NCBI GenBank assembly: GCA_035472395.1
Contig: DATIPC010000098.1
Span: 11,631-75,630 of the forward strand
Source of the DNA: Solirubrobacterales bacterium
GTDB lineage: Bacteria > Actinomycetota > Thermoleophilia > Solirubrobacterales > 70-9
DNA length: 64,000 nt
Reading direction: 5' to 3'
The stretch's first letter is position 1; each line of letters opens with the position of its first letter. Made by a program: the position numbers and the translations under genes. Shown here one piece after another: positions 38,963 to 48,127 of the stretch. The notes below the pieces were generated by a model. That model was not told the DNA's origin. It searched no databases and saw only the letters and a list, made by a program, of their open reading frames with translations.

Positions 38963-40203
38963 GACTGCCCCCCGGCGATCGCCTCGACCAGCCTGGCCGG
39001 GTCGATCGGGCGCTGCTCGCCGCTCTCCATGTCGCGAAGCAGCACAGAGCCATCCTGCTCGAGGATGGCGACCCGTCGGGCACCGACGCGATCCGCGTGT
39101 TTGAGCTGACCCTTGAGGCTGCGGCCGGCGAGGTCGACCTCGGCCGAGAGACCGGCGTGGCGCAGCTCGCCGGCCAGCGCCAGCGCCTTCCGCCGCTGGC
39201 CGGGCTCGGCGACGGCGAGGAAGGCATCGCGACCGGCAGCATCCTCAACCTCGTCCAAGGTCAGCAGAATCCGCTCGATCCCCGCCGCCCAGCCGACAGC
39301 CGGCGTCAGCGGCCCGCCGAGTTGCTCGATCAGGCCGTCGTAGCGACCACCTCCGCCGACCTCGGATTGCGCCCCCAGCTCGTCGCAGACGAAGGAGAAG
39401 ATCGTCCGCGTGTAGTAGTCGAGGCCGCGCACCAGGGTGGGGTCGATCGCGTAGGCGACGCCGGCGGCCTCCAGCAGGGCGCGCACCTCGGTGAAGTGCT
39501 CGGCGTCTTCGCCCTCGAGGCGCTCGACGATCGTCGGCGCGCTCGCCATCACCGCTCGAGTGCCCTCGTCGTCGGCGTCGAAGGCACGCAATGGGTTGAT
39601 CTCGATCCGCTCGCGGACGTCCTTGGACAGCTCTCCCTCGTGGGCACGCAGATGGGCTTTCAGCTCCTCCATGTAGGCACTGCGACTCCGGGGGGAGCCG
39701 AGGCTGCCCAGGCGCAGCTCTACGCCCGGCACGCCAAGCTCGGCGAGAAGGTCGGAGAGCAGCATGATCGCCTCGGCGTCGGCGAGGGGCGAGTCGGTGC
39801 CGATCGCCTCGACGCCAACCTGATGGAACTGGCGGAAGCGACCCGCCTGCGGTCGCTCATGACGGAAGAACGGCCCGCAGTAAGAGAGCTTCACCGGCTG
39901 CGCCAGCTTGTGCATGCCGTGCTCCAAGTAGGCGCGGCAGATAGGCGCGGTGCCCTCGGGACGCAGGGTGATGCTGCGGCCGCCCTTGTCCTCGAAGGTG
40001 AACATCTCCTTGCGCACGATGTCGGTCGAACGCCCAACCCCGCGCTCGAACAACTCGGTGTCCTCGAAGGCGGGCGTGGTGATCGGCTCGTATCCGGCCC
40101 GAGCGAAGACCGCAGCGGCGGTGGCTTCGATCCGCCGCCTCGAGCGGGCACCTGCGGGCAGGACGTCAAAGGTCCCGCGAGGGGCTTGGTACTTACTCGC
40201 CAT
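38959..40203 (-). CDS. hisS: histidine--tRNA ligase
   Basis: 414 aa. PRGTFDVLP, LRPEGTAPICR, FRHERPQAGRFRQFHQ, GGGRYDGL. Confidence 0.95.
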
Positions 40204-40235
40204 CGTGGCGCGACCTTACCTGCGCAGCACTTGGG

Positions 40236-40880
40236 TCAGCGCGCCAGCTCGGCGAGGAAGGGGTTGGTTGCGCGCTCGGCGCCGAGCGTCGTGACGCCCA
40301 TGTGCCCCGGGTAGACGCCGGTTTCCGGCGAGTGGGACTCGAGCAGCTCGCGGATCGACCGCATCAGGGTCGGGCCGTCGCCCCCGGGGAGGTCGACCCG
40401 GCCTACCGATCCCTGGAAGAGCACGTCACCGGAGAACATCGCGTCCTCGTCCCGCACCGAGTAGGTGACGTGCCCGGGGCTGTGGCCGGGAGTGAAGATG
40501 ACGTCGATCGTCATCCCCGCCAACTCCAGCGTCTCTCCACCCTTGACGGTCTGGTCGGCCTCATAGCTCTCGTAGGGTCCGATCCCGGGGAACGGGACGA
40601 AGGCCATGATGTCGGCGAGGAGGGGCCTCTCCATCTCCGGGCAGTAAACCGGCGCGCCGGTGACCATCGCGACCGGCGAGACCGCCCCGATGTGGTCGAA
40701 GTGACAGTGGGTGATCAGGATCGCCTCGATCTTCGCCCCCATCTGCTCGACTGTGGCGAGAATGCGGTCGGACTCGTCGCCGGGATCGACGATCAGGCCG
40801 CGACCGGAGCCTTCGCGCCGGAAGACGAAGCAGTTCTCCGCGATGGGCCCCACCGTGAGCATCTGGACATCGAGGCTCAC
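40236..40880 (-). CDS. MBL-fold metallo-hydrolase (glyoxalase II-like)
   Basis: ITHCHFDHIG, TPGHSPGH. GTG 40880 gives a GTGA overlap with the upstream stop. Confidence 0.85.
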   Translation of the reverse strand: MSLDVQMLTVGPIAENCFVFRREGSGRGLIVDPGDESDRILATVEQMGAKIEAILITHCHFDHIGAVSPVAMVTGAPVYCPEMERPLLADIMAFVPFPGIGPYESYEADQTVKGGETLELAGMTIDVIFTPGHSPGHVTYSVRDEDAMFSGDVLFQGSVGRVDLPGGDGPTLMRSIRELLESHSPETGVYPGHMGVTTLGAERATNPFLAELAR

Positions 40881-41242
40881 TCCTTCTCCTTTGCGCGGAT
40901 CCGGGCTCGCTCGCGGCGCCGCCACATCATCGTGTCGATGTAGTAGCCGGCCGGGATGTAGAAGACGAGCATGAAGGCACCGAGCCCAAGCGAGGCACCC
41001 GGTGCACGGCGGAAGATCAGCAGGAGGATCGCGGTGAAGATGACGGCGGCGACCACGCCGCGCGTCGCGGAGCTGCGCCAGGTCGGCGGCGCGTCGACCT
41101 TTGCCGGGCTCTTGCGGCCAGCGCGAGCGCGGGCTTTGGCCTCCTCGCGGCTGCGCGGACGGCCAGGGCGGCGATTCGGATCGACCCGGCCTCCCTGCGT
41201 TCCCCGGTGCTTGCGGCGGCGCTTCTTCTTCGTCTGGGCCAT
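40877..41242 (-). CDS. small membrane protein with a highly basic N-terminus
   Basis: 121 aa. MAQTKKKRRRKHRGTQGGR..., then two hydrophobic helices. Confidence 0.55.
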   Translation of the reverse strand: MAQTKKKRRRKHRGTQGGRVDPNRRPGRPRSREEAKARARAGRKSPAKVDAPPTWRSSATRGVVAAVIFTAILLLIFRRAPGASLGLGAFMLVFYIPAGYYIDTMMWRRRERARIRAKEKE

Positions 41243-41268
41243 GCCCGGAATCTAGCGGGCCAGGCCCC

Positions 41269-42159
41269 TCAGCAGAGGGAGGCGAGGCGCCGCTCGATCG
41301 TTTGCCGAGCCGGATCGTGATCGCGGATCGGGACGTCCTCGGGGTAGCCGACCAGCGCTGCCGCGGGAATCAGGCCGATCAACTCAGCTTCCAGCGGTCG
41401 CGCCCCAAGCGGTGCGGCGAGGGCGCGAACACGCTCGACCACCTCCTCGAGCGGCACGGCTACAGGGTCATGGACGTTGGTCGAGACCTGAACGCGGCCA
41501 CTCGCCAGGGGCAGGCCGATCGCTCGCACCCCGGGCAACCCACCGCCGGACTCGCGCAGGCCGGCGGCGACGGCGCGCGCGATGTCTGGGTCGCCGCTGT
41601 CGAGCTCGACGTTGAAGGCGCCCAGCGGCGGGCGGGCGGTCACCAGCGTTGCCCCTGCGGTGCGATGGGGCAATCCGGGTCCGCGGTCGGGGCGCAGCTC
41701 GCCCGCCTCCATCCGCAGCCAAAGCTCGGTCAGGCCTCCATTGCGGAAATAGGCTCGCTCGGCGTGATCGGCGCCGGCGGCCAACTCGCCATAGAGGAAA
41801 ACCGGAACACCCAGGTCGCCGATCTCAGCTGCGACCTTGATCGCCGTCGAGCGGGCCGCGTCGCGATCCGCGGGCGCGGGCCAGACGAGCGGGCAGACGT
41901 CGAGCGCCCCGATCGCCGGATGGACGCCTCGGTGCGCTGTCATGTCGATCGAGCGAACGGCCTCTGCGGCACCGCGGACGAGCGCCGCCGTCAGTGCCGT
42001 TGCATCTCCGGCCAGCGTGAAAACGGTCCGGTTGTGGTCGCTGTCGCTGTGACGATCGAGCAGCTCAACACCTGCCGAGAAGGCCCGCGCCAGGGCCTCG
42101 ATCCGCGTCGCATCGCGACCCTCCGAGACGTTGGGGACAGCGAGCAGCGGCCGGGCCAC
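41269..42159 (-). CDS. glutamate formimidoyltransferase-like protein
   Basis: LLAVPNVSEGRDATRIEAL N-terminus is typical of the FtcD N-terminal (formiminotransferase) domain. Confidence 0.75.
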   Translation of the reverse strand: MARPLLAVPNVSEGRDATRIEALARAFSAGVELLDRHSDSDHNRTVFTLAGDATALTAALVRGAAEAVRSIDMTAHRGVHPAIGALDVCPLVWPAPADRDAARSTAIKVAAEIGDLGVPVFLYGELAAGADHAERAYFRNGGLTELWLRMEAGELRPDRGPGLPHRTAGATLVTARPPLGAFNVELDSGDPDIARAVAAGLRESGGGLPGVRAIGLPLASGRVQVSTNVHDPVAVPLEEVVERVRALAAPLGARPLEAELIGLIPAAALVGYPEDVPIRDHDPARQTIERRLASLC

Positions 42160-42162
42160 CGC

Positions 42163-43119
42163 TCAGACGACCAGCTCTCCGGCCTGCACGATGGGGTGGC
42201 CGTCGATCTCCACCGTAGGTCGCAGAATGACGCAGTCGAGATGGACGGGGACCTGGACGGTGCCACCGATCGCCGCCGAAGCGCCGAAGGCGACGTGCGC
42301 GGTCCCCAAGATCTTCTCGTCCTCGAGGATATTGCCGGTGAGGAGGGCGTTTTCGTTGGTGCCGATACCGAGCTCGGCGACGCTGGTGCCATCGGGGCCA
42401 TGTTCGGTAAGCAGCTCCAGCAGCTGGGCGCCGGCGGATCCCGTCGCCTCGGTCAGGTGGCCGCCGCGAACCGTGAGCTCGACCGGCTCGTCGAGCTTGC
42501 CGATGGCGGCGATCGAGCCGTCGATGATCAGGGTCCCCTCCCCCATTCCCTCGAACGGCGCGATGAACGCCTCGCCGCAGGGAATGTTGCCGAACGCGCC
42601 GCGCATGTTCAGCGCACCTGCGTCGACTATTGCGGTCCGGTCCTCGAGCCCGAGCCGCAGGTCGGAGCCACGCGCACAGGTGATCCTGGCCTCGGCACCA
42701 GCGCCCAGCGCCCGCCCGACCGAAGCGCCCCGTTTCCGCAGCGACCTCAGGTCCGCCCCCATGACGCGGGCGAGCATGTCAGCGGTCACACCGGGCATCG
42801 AGGCAACGCGGACACCGGCTTCGGTGGCGGCCCGGCGTGCCTCGGTATGGGAGATCGACTGGATGGTCGGAGCCACGATGATGTCGGCGGCGAGCATCGC
42901 GGCGGCAACCGGGCGCGGCGGCTCAGCGGCATGCGATTCGCGCTCGGAGATGACCGCCAGCGTCGCCTCGCCTCCCTCGCCCTGAGCGTTGATCCGCAGC
43001 AGCGCACCAAGCTCTTCGGTGATCGGGTTGCAGATCACGAGCATCTCTTCAGCTGGCTTCAGATCCAGGCAATCCCGGATCAGCGTGCTGACTGCCCTAT
43101 CCAAGGCGCTCCCCATCAC
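42163..43119 (-). CDS. M29 family aminopeptidase (AmpS/PepS-like)
   Basis: 318 aa. GNILEDEKILGTAHVAFGAS...VHLDCVI C-terminal signature. Confidence 0.75.
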   Translation of the reverse strand: MMGSALDRAVSTLIRDCLDLKPAEEMLVICNPITEELGALLRINAQGEGGEATLAVISERESHAAEPPRPVAAAMLAADIIVAPTIQSISHTEARRAATEAGVRVASMPGVTADMLARVMGADLRSLRKRGASVGRALGAGAEARITCARGSDLRLGLEDRTAIVDAGALNMRGAFGNIPCGEAFIAPFEGMGEGTLIIDGSIAAIGKLDEPVELTVRGGHLTEATGSAGAQLLELLTEHGPDGTSVAELGIGTNENALLTGNILEDEKILGTAHVAFGASAAIGGTVQVPVHLDCVILRPTVEIDGHPIVQAGELVV

Positions 43120-43190
43120 GACACAAGGCTATCCGCAGAGCCGGCGTGCAGCCCGCGCCCGCACGATGCCTCGCTAGCATCCCCGTCCCG

Positions 43191-43264
43191 GCCGGAGTAG
43201 CTCAGCTGGTTAGAGCAGCGGAATCATAATCCGCGTGTCGGGGGTTCGAGTCCCTCCTCCGGCA
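43191..43264 (+). tRNA. tRNA with CAT anticodon (elongator Met type; lysidine-modified Ile2 not excluded)
   Basis: Folded by hand: acceptor GCCGGAG/CTCCGGC, D arm GCTC-AGCTGGTTA-GAGC, anticodon arm GCGGA-ATCATAA-TCCGC, T arm GGGGG-TTCGAGT-CCCTC, discriminator A. No encoded CCA. Lacks the initiator GGG/CCC anticodon stem. Confidence 0.9.
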
Positions 43265-43280
43265 TCGTCGCGGACTTATT

Positions 43281-44579
43281 TCAGTGCGGCAGGGCGGTGC
43301 CCGCTGGGGTGCTGCGGAGGCTGTTCAGCGTCTCCTCCATCGCCTCGACTTCGGGGGCGACCATTTCCGGCCAGGACTTCTCGGGGTGCTCGTCGAGGGT
43401 CTTGTAGCCGTTGCCGCTGATCACCGCGACGACGGTGTCGTCGGGACCGATCTTGCCCTCGTTCGCCAGCTTCATCGTGGCGGCGACCGTGGTGCCGCCG
43501 GCCGGCTCGGTGAGGATTCCCTCGGTGGCACCCAGCAGGTCGAGCGCCTCGAAGATCTCGGGGTCGGTGGCCATCGCCGCCGAGCCTCCCCGCGAGGTCA
43601 CCGCGTCGACCACCAGCGGCCCGTCGCCGGGGGCGCCGATCGCGATCGAGTGGGCGGCCGTCTGTGGTCGCTGCGGCTCGATCTTGCCGCTGCCGTCGAG
43701 GATGGCAGTGGCGATGGGACCGCAACCCTCGGCCTGGGCGATGTGGATCTTGGTCGCGGCGGTCTCCGCCATCCCCACCTTCTCCATCTCCTCCAGTCCC
43801 TTGTGGACGCGCGAGGAGAGGGTTCCTCCGGCCGCCGGGATGACGAAGTGGTCCGGGGACTTCCAGTCAAGCTGCTCGACCACCTCGAAAGCGACCGTCT
43901 TCGCCCCCTCTGCGTAGAAGGGACGCAGGGTGATGTTGGTGAACTGGATGCCGGTCGCCAGCGCCAGCTCACGACAGGCGCGGTTTGCCTCGTCGTAGTT
44001 GCCGTCGAGCTGGATCACCGCGGCGCCCAGCGCCCGGCAGGCGCGGGCCTTGCCGCGCTCCATATTGCTCGGGTAGAAGACGTAGGCGGCAACCCCGGCC
44101 TTCGCCGCCAGCGAGGCGACGGCGGTACCAACATTGCCGGTCGAGACGCAGCCCATCTCTTTTTTGCCAAGCTCGAGCAGGCGGGCGACCGCCATCGAGA
44201 CGACCCGGTCCTTGTAGGAGAGGCTGGGGCGTTGCGTGCTGTCGTCCTTGAGGTAGAGCTTGCGCAGGCCCAGCTCGGCGCCGAGCCGGTCGGCGTGGAT
44301 CAGCGGGGTCCGCCCGCTGTAGCGCCCCACTCGGTCCCTTGCCGTCGAGTCGACGATCGGCAGCAACTCCTCGAAGCGCCAGATGTTCAGCTCGCGCTCC
44401 GCGATCGGCCGCTCGGCCACACGCGCCTCGGCCAACTCGTAGTCGTAGTCGATGTCGAGACCCTGGCCGCAGCCAAGGCACTTGAAGGTTGTGTCGAGGA
44501 GGGGCAGTCGAAGACCGCAGTCGTGGCAGACCAGCTCGGTCGCGCAAGAACGGGTGCGCTGATCCGCCGCGAGACTCAT
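43281..44579 (-). CDS. threonine synthase-family PLP enzyme with an N-terminal Cys4 zinc ribbon
   Basis: 432 aa. CHDCGLRLPLLDTTFKCLGCG, then a PLP fold-type II body with SLSYKDRV (Schiff-base Lys) and STGNVGTA. Confidence 0.75.
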   Translation of the reverse strand: MSLAADQRTRSCATELVCHDCGLRLPLLDTTFKCLGCGQGLDIDYDYELAEARVAERPIAERELNIWRFEELLPIVDSTARDRVGRYSGRTPLIHADRLGAELGLRKLYLKDDSTQRPSLSYKDRVVSMAVARLLELGKKEMGCVSTGNVGTAVASLAAKAGVAAYVFYPSNMERGKARACRALGAAVIQLDGNYDEANRACRELALATGIQFTNITLRPFYAEGAKTVAFEVVEQLDWKSPDHFVIPAAGGTLSSRVHKGLEEMEKVGMAETAATKIHIAQAEGCGPIATAILDGSGKIEPQRPQTAAHSIAIGAPGDGPLVVDAVTSRGGSAAMATDPEIFEALDLLGATEGILTEPAGGTTVAATMKLANEGKIGPDDTVVAVISGNGYKTLDEHPEKSWPEMVAPEVEAMEETLNSLRSTPAGTALPH

Positions 44580-44699
44580 CGCCCCTCGTCACTCCTCGTT
44601 CTCGAAGGCAGACCCCCCGCCTTCGCGAACCTCCGCCTGCGCTTTCCGTGCTGGCGCCTGATCATGAGTCAAGTTGTATAGCAGATGAGGACATATCGA

Positions 44700-46904
44700 T
44701 CAGTTATTCTCGGCCATTAGTAGGGAGACGGCCTCTCCTCGTGATGGAAATCCTACAGAGGCATCCCGGCCGAGAGCAACCAACAGCTCCTCGGCGATAT
44801 GAGGAGCTAGCGGCGAGAGGACCCGGGCCAGCAGGGCGAGCGCCTCGAGCAGCGCCTCGGAGTCCTCGCGGCTGAGCTGGCCGCGACGCTTGACGATCCG
44901 TTTCTCGTAGTCGCGTATCCGCTCCAGCAGGCGGGTCACGTTGCGCACCGCCTTGTGCATCTGCAGATCCTCCAGATCGGCCGTGATCCGCTCCAGCCCG
45001 CTCTCGCACCATTTGCCAAGCCGCTCGCGGATGAAGGCGGTGTCGGCCGCCGCCTCCGGGTCCGCGGGCGCCTCGGCAGCGGCGGCGATGCTGTCGTGGG
45101 TGTAGTCCCAGAGCCCGCCCAGAAAGCGGGAGGCGAAGCGCAGCGCACCGTCGGTCCAGTTGAGCGCCTTGGCGGGCCCGGCCGCGTAGAGGATCGCGAG
45201 CCGCACGGTGTCGGCGCCGTGCTCGGCGACCAGCTCGTCGGGGTCGACGACGTTGCCGAGGTGCTTGCTCATCTTGCGTCCGTCGGCGATCACCATCTCG
45301 TGGAAGAGGCAGCCACTGAAGGGCTCGCCGTCCTCGAGAAAGGAGAAGGGCCCGATATCGCGCAGCGCCTTGGTGACCACCCGCTGGTCGAAGACGAAGC
45401 CGCCACTGTCGTTGCCCGCGACGAGTCGCTCGGACGGAAGCCAGCGATGCAGATCGGGGTGAGTGAACATCTGCTCGGCCCGATCCTCAGGCGGGACCGC
45501 GGCGGGAACCCAGAGCCAGAGCGCATCGAAGTGACAGTCGAGCGTGTCGGTCTCACGCTCGGCGCTGCCGCCGCAGCGTGGGCACGAGACCTGGAGGAAG
45601 TCGGGGCGCTCGGCCAGCGGGTTGCCTTCGCCGGTCGGCTCGATATCGCGCGGCAGCCGCACCGGAAGGTCCTCCACCGGGACCGGGACCACCCCACACT
45701 CCCCGCAGTGCAGAACCGGAATCGGCGCTCCCCAGTAGCGCTGGCGTGAGATCGAGAAGTCGTTGGCGCGATAGCGCGTCGCCTCTCGCGTCAGCGAATC
45801 CGCGAGCTCCCCACCGGGCCCCTCGCCCGAGACGCGGGGCATCCGCGCGGCGATCGCCTCGTCGGCCTCGTCGACCGCCGGGATGCCGAGCGCGGCGGTG
45901 GGTCCGTAGCGGGCATCGACGAGCGGGGACACGAAGACCGGCAGCTCACCGCCCCCGGGGACGGTGACGGAAGCGCCGGTGTCGATCACCGGTACCGCGG
46001 AGGCGTCGCGGGCGCTGCGCTCCCACCCTCCCGAGCGCAGCTCGTCGAGCTGCTCCGCCACGCCCGGCTCCGTCGCCCACCGCTCCACCTCCGGGTGGCG
46101 CGGAGAGAGGAGCACGAAGCGTGCCTCGCCCAGGGAGCCGGAATGAGGAGTGAAGACCACGAGGACTCCGCCGTCGGGACCCTGGAGATCGAGCTCGACG
46201 CCGTCGGTGCGGCCGAGGATGTAGCGCTGGGTCTTGAGGGAAAGCTCGTCCCAGGCGGCGAGCCCGGCCAGATTGCGATCGTTCTCCTCGAGGTAGGGAG
46301 ACACCCGCAGGAACCAGGTCGGGCGACGGATCAGGCGGACCGGGTTGTGGCAGCGCCAACAGCGACCGTCCTCGACCTGAAGCGCGGCCAGCGTCGTCTG
46401 GCAGGTATCGCACCAATCGACCGTGGCGTCGTCGCGGTAGATCATCCCCGCCTCGAGCAGGGTCAGGAAGAGCCACTGCGACCAGCGGTACTGGTCCTCG
46501 TCAGAGCTGTAGAAGGCACGCTCGTAGTCGAAGGAGAAGCCGAGGCGCTTCATCTGCCCCAGCATCCGCTCGCCGCATCGCTCGACCCACTCGGCCGGCC
46601 TCGTCCCTCGCTCGATCGCAGCCATCTCGGCCGGCAGGCCGAAGGCGTCGAAGCCGAAGCCAAAGAGCACCGCGTCGCCCCGGGCGCGGCGGAAACGCGC
46701 GTAGGCGTCGCCGATCGAGTAATCGCGGACGTGGCCCATGTGGAGGTTTCCAGAGGTGAATGGACTGGAGGGCTTGACGTAGACGGCCGCCTGCCCCGGC
46801 GCCGGAAGCGGCGTCTCGAATACGCCCTGCTCGGCCCAATCTGCCTGCCTGGAGGCCTCCACCGCCCCCGCGTCGTAGATCGGTCTCGCGCCGCCCATCG
46901 TCAT
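44700..46904 (-). CDS. leuS: leucine--tRNA ligase-like class I aaRS (short, divergent)
   Basis: SGNLHMGHVRDYSIGD (HIGH), GFDAFGLPAE, CWRCHNPV zinc knuckle, SRQRYWGAPIP, KMSKHLGN (KMSKS). Start trimmed to ATG 46904 (or 46898); the track start 46961 is a TTG. Confidence 0.8.
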   Translation of the reverse strand: MTMGGARPIYDAGAVEASRQADWAEQGVFETPLPAPGQAAVYVKPSSPFTSGNLHMGHVRDYSIGDAYARFRRARGDAVLFGFGFDAFGLPAEMAAIERGTRPAEWVERCGERMLGQMKRLGFSFDYERAFYSSDEDQYRWSQWLFLTLLEAGMIYRDDATVDWCDTCQTTLAALQVEDGRCWRCHNPVRLIRRPTWFLRVSPYLEENDRNLAGLAAWDELSLKTQRYILGRTDGVELDLQGPDGGVLVVFTPHSGSLGEARFVLLSPRHPEVERWATEPGVAEQLDELRSGGWERSARDASAVPVIDTGASVTVPGGGELPVFVSPLVDARYGPTAALGIPAVDEADEAIAARMPRVSGEGPGGELADSLTREATRYRANDFSISRQRYWGAPIPVLHCGECGVVPVPVEDLPVRLPRDIEPTGEGNPLAERPDFLQVSCPRCGGSAERETDTLDCHFDALWLWVPAAVPPEDRAEQMFTHPDLHRWLPSERLVAGNDSGGFVFDQRVVTKALRDIGPFSFLEDGEPFSGCLFHEMVIADGRKMSKHLGNVVDPDELVAEHGADTVRLAILYAAGPAKALNWTDGALRFASRFLGGLWDYTHDSIAAAAEAPADPEAAADTAFIRERLGKWCESGLERITADLEDLQMHKAVRNVTRLLERIRDYEKRIVKRRGQLSREDSEALLEALALLARVLSPLAPHIAEELLVALGRDASVGFPSRGEAVSLLMAENN

Positions 46905-47091
46905 CGGAGTGTGCCACGGAACGTTGACCCCCGGGCCGGTGGGGCCTATGCTGGAATCCAATGGTCAAGTCCATTGAAGTATTTGAGTGACGTACCGAAG
47001 TGTGACTTCAGTGTCAAGAAAGCCAAAAAAGTTGGGAATGGGAGACATTTAGGCCCTTCGCCGTCCGGGCGCGGGCCTAGCGTAATTCGCC

Positions 47092-47136
47092 AAGAGAAAA
47101 AGGCGGCCCCGGCGGCGCTTGCGACACCCCGGGGCC
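47092..47136 (-). terminator. terminator-like hairpin with a T-tract on the minus strand
   Basis: Minus strand reads GGCCCCGGGGTG-TCGCAAG-CGCCGCCGGGGCC, then GCCTTTTTCTCTT. About 12 bp of stem. Confidence 0.4.
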
Positions 47137-47165
47137 TGGCCGAGACCTTAAGAGGAGGTCCCAAC

Positions 47166-47525
47166 ATGAGAGAGGGTACGAAAACTGCCCTGTTGGTCGA
47201 AGGGCCGTTGGACGAAGAGATTGTTGAGCGGGCGACCGCCGCCGCTGAGGAGGCACCGCCCGAGTGCCGGGTCAGAGCCGGGCTGGAGGTGTTGATCGAT
47301 ACGGCCGAGACCGATCCCACCGCAGCCCGGTCGGCCCTGCTCGAGCTCCGAGCAGATCAACTCCGCCTGCGTCAGGTCGAGGCCTGGCTCGGCGGAGACC
47401 CCGACCGGGCGACATTCGGCCTCGGCGCAGCGATCCAGCTCGCAGTCACCGAGCTCACCCGGGACGACCCCGATCTCCATCGGCTCATCCCCGACCTACT
47501 GAATTGGCTCGAAGGCGAGTGGTAG
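47166..47525 (+). CDS. hypothetical acidic 119-aa protein
   Basis: ATG preceded by AAGAGGAGG. High GC3. It is the tail of track ORF 46095..47525. No family recognised. Confidence 0.55.
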   Translation: MREGTKTALLVEGPLDEEIVERATAAAEEAPPECRVRAGLEVLIDTAETDPTAARSALLELRADQLRLRQVEAWLGGDPDRATFGLGAAIQLAVTELTRDDPDLHRLIPDLLNWLEGEW

Positions 47526-47659
47526 TAGCAATCCCCCACTGAGAGCGCGAAAACCAAGCAGGTCGGGGGATGCAGGGAGGGCGGTGAGGGGAGCGCACTA
47601 CAGTGCGTGACCCGATCCGACCGACCGAAGACCCCGAGATGCGCCGGTTTGCAGCGCTC

Positions 47660-48127
47660 TCAGGTGAAGGTCCAGAGCTTGTTGCCCAAGAAGTTGAACG
47701 GCATCGCCACCGCCACCGCGATCGCCTGGGCGGTCAGATCCCCGAGCGAGCCCCCGGACACGAGCAGCTCGAGCACGGCCAGATTGATCAGCAGCGCAGC
47801 GACGCTGACGGTGAAGAAACGCGCCGCCTGGAAGCCGGCGTGCCCGTCGCCGGGCTCGAACGTCCAGTGCCGGTTCCAGAAGAAGTTGTTGGCAATTGCA
47901 ATGCAGAAGGCCCCCACGGCCGCAACCAGGTGGTGCATGCCGAGGTTGTCGGCAAGCAGGGTGAAGACGGCGAGGTTGATCAGGTAGCCGGAGCCGCCGA
48001 CGATGCCGAACTTGAGCAGCTGCAGCCAGCTCGCCGGTCGGCGGGCGGCGGCGCGGAGGCGATAGGCGAGTTGGTAGGAGTCGCTCATTGACTTACCCCG
48101 CTTTCGGCGTGAAGCCGTCAGCGACAA
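47660..48127 (-). CDS. GtrA family membrane protein
   Basis: LLKFGIVGGSGYLINLAVFTLL...NNFFWNRHWTF. Confidence 0.8.
   Translation of the reverse strand: MSLTASRRKRGKSMSDSYQLAYRLRAAARRPASWLQLLKFGIVGGSGYLINLAVFTLLADNLGMHHLVAAVGAFCIAIANNFFWNRHWTFEPGDGHAGFQAARFFTVSVAALLINLAVLELLVSGGSLGDLTAQAIAVAVAMPFNFLGNKLWTFT

Noticed and set aside
43265-47600. Genomic island integrated at the 3' end of tRNA-Met (and similarly next to tRNA-Gln at 57271)
   Set aside because: No integrase and no duplicated tRNA 3' fragment seen. The flanking genes have native composition.
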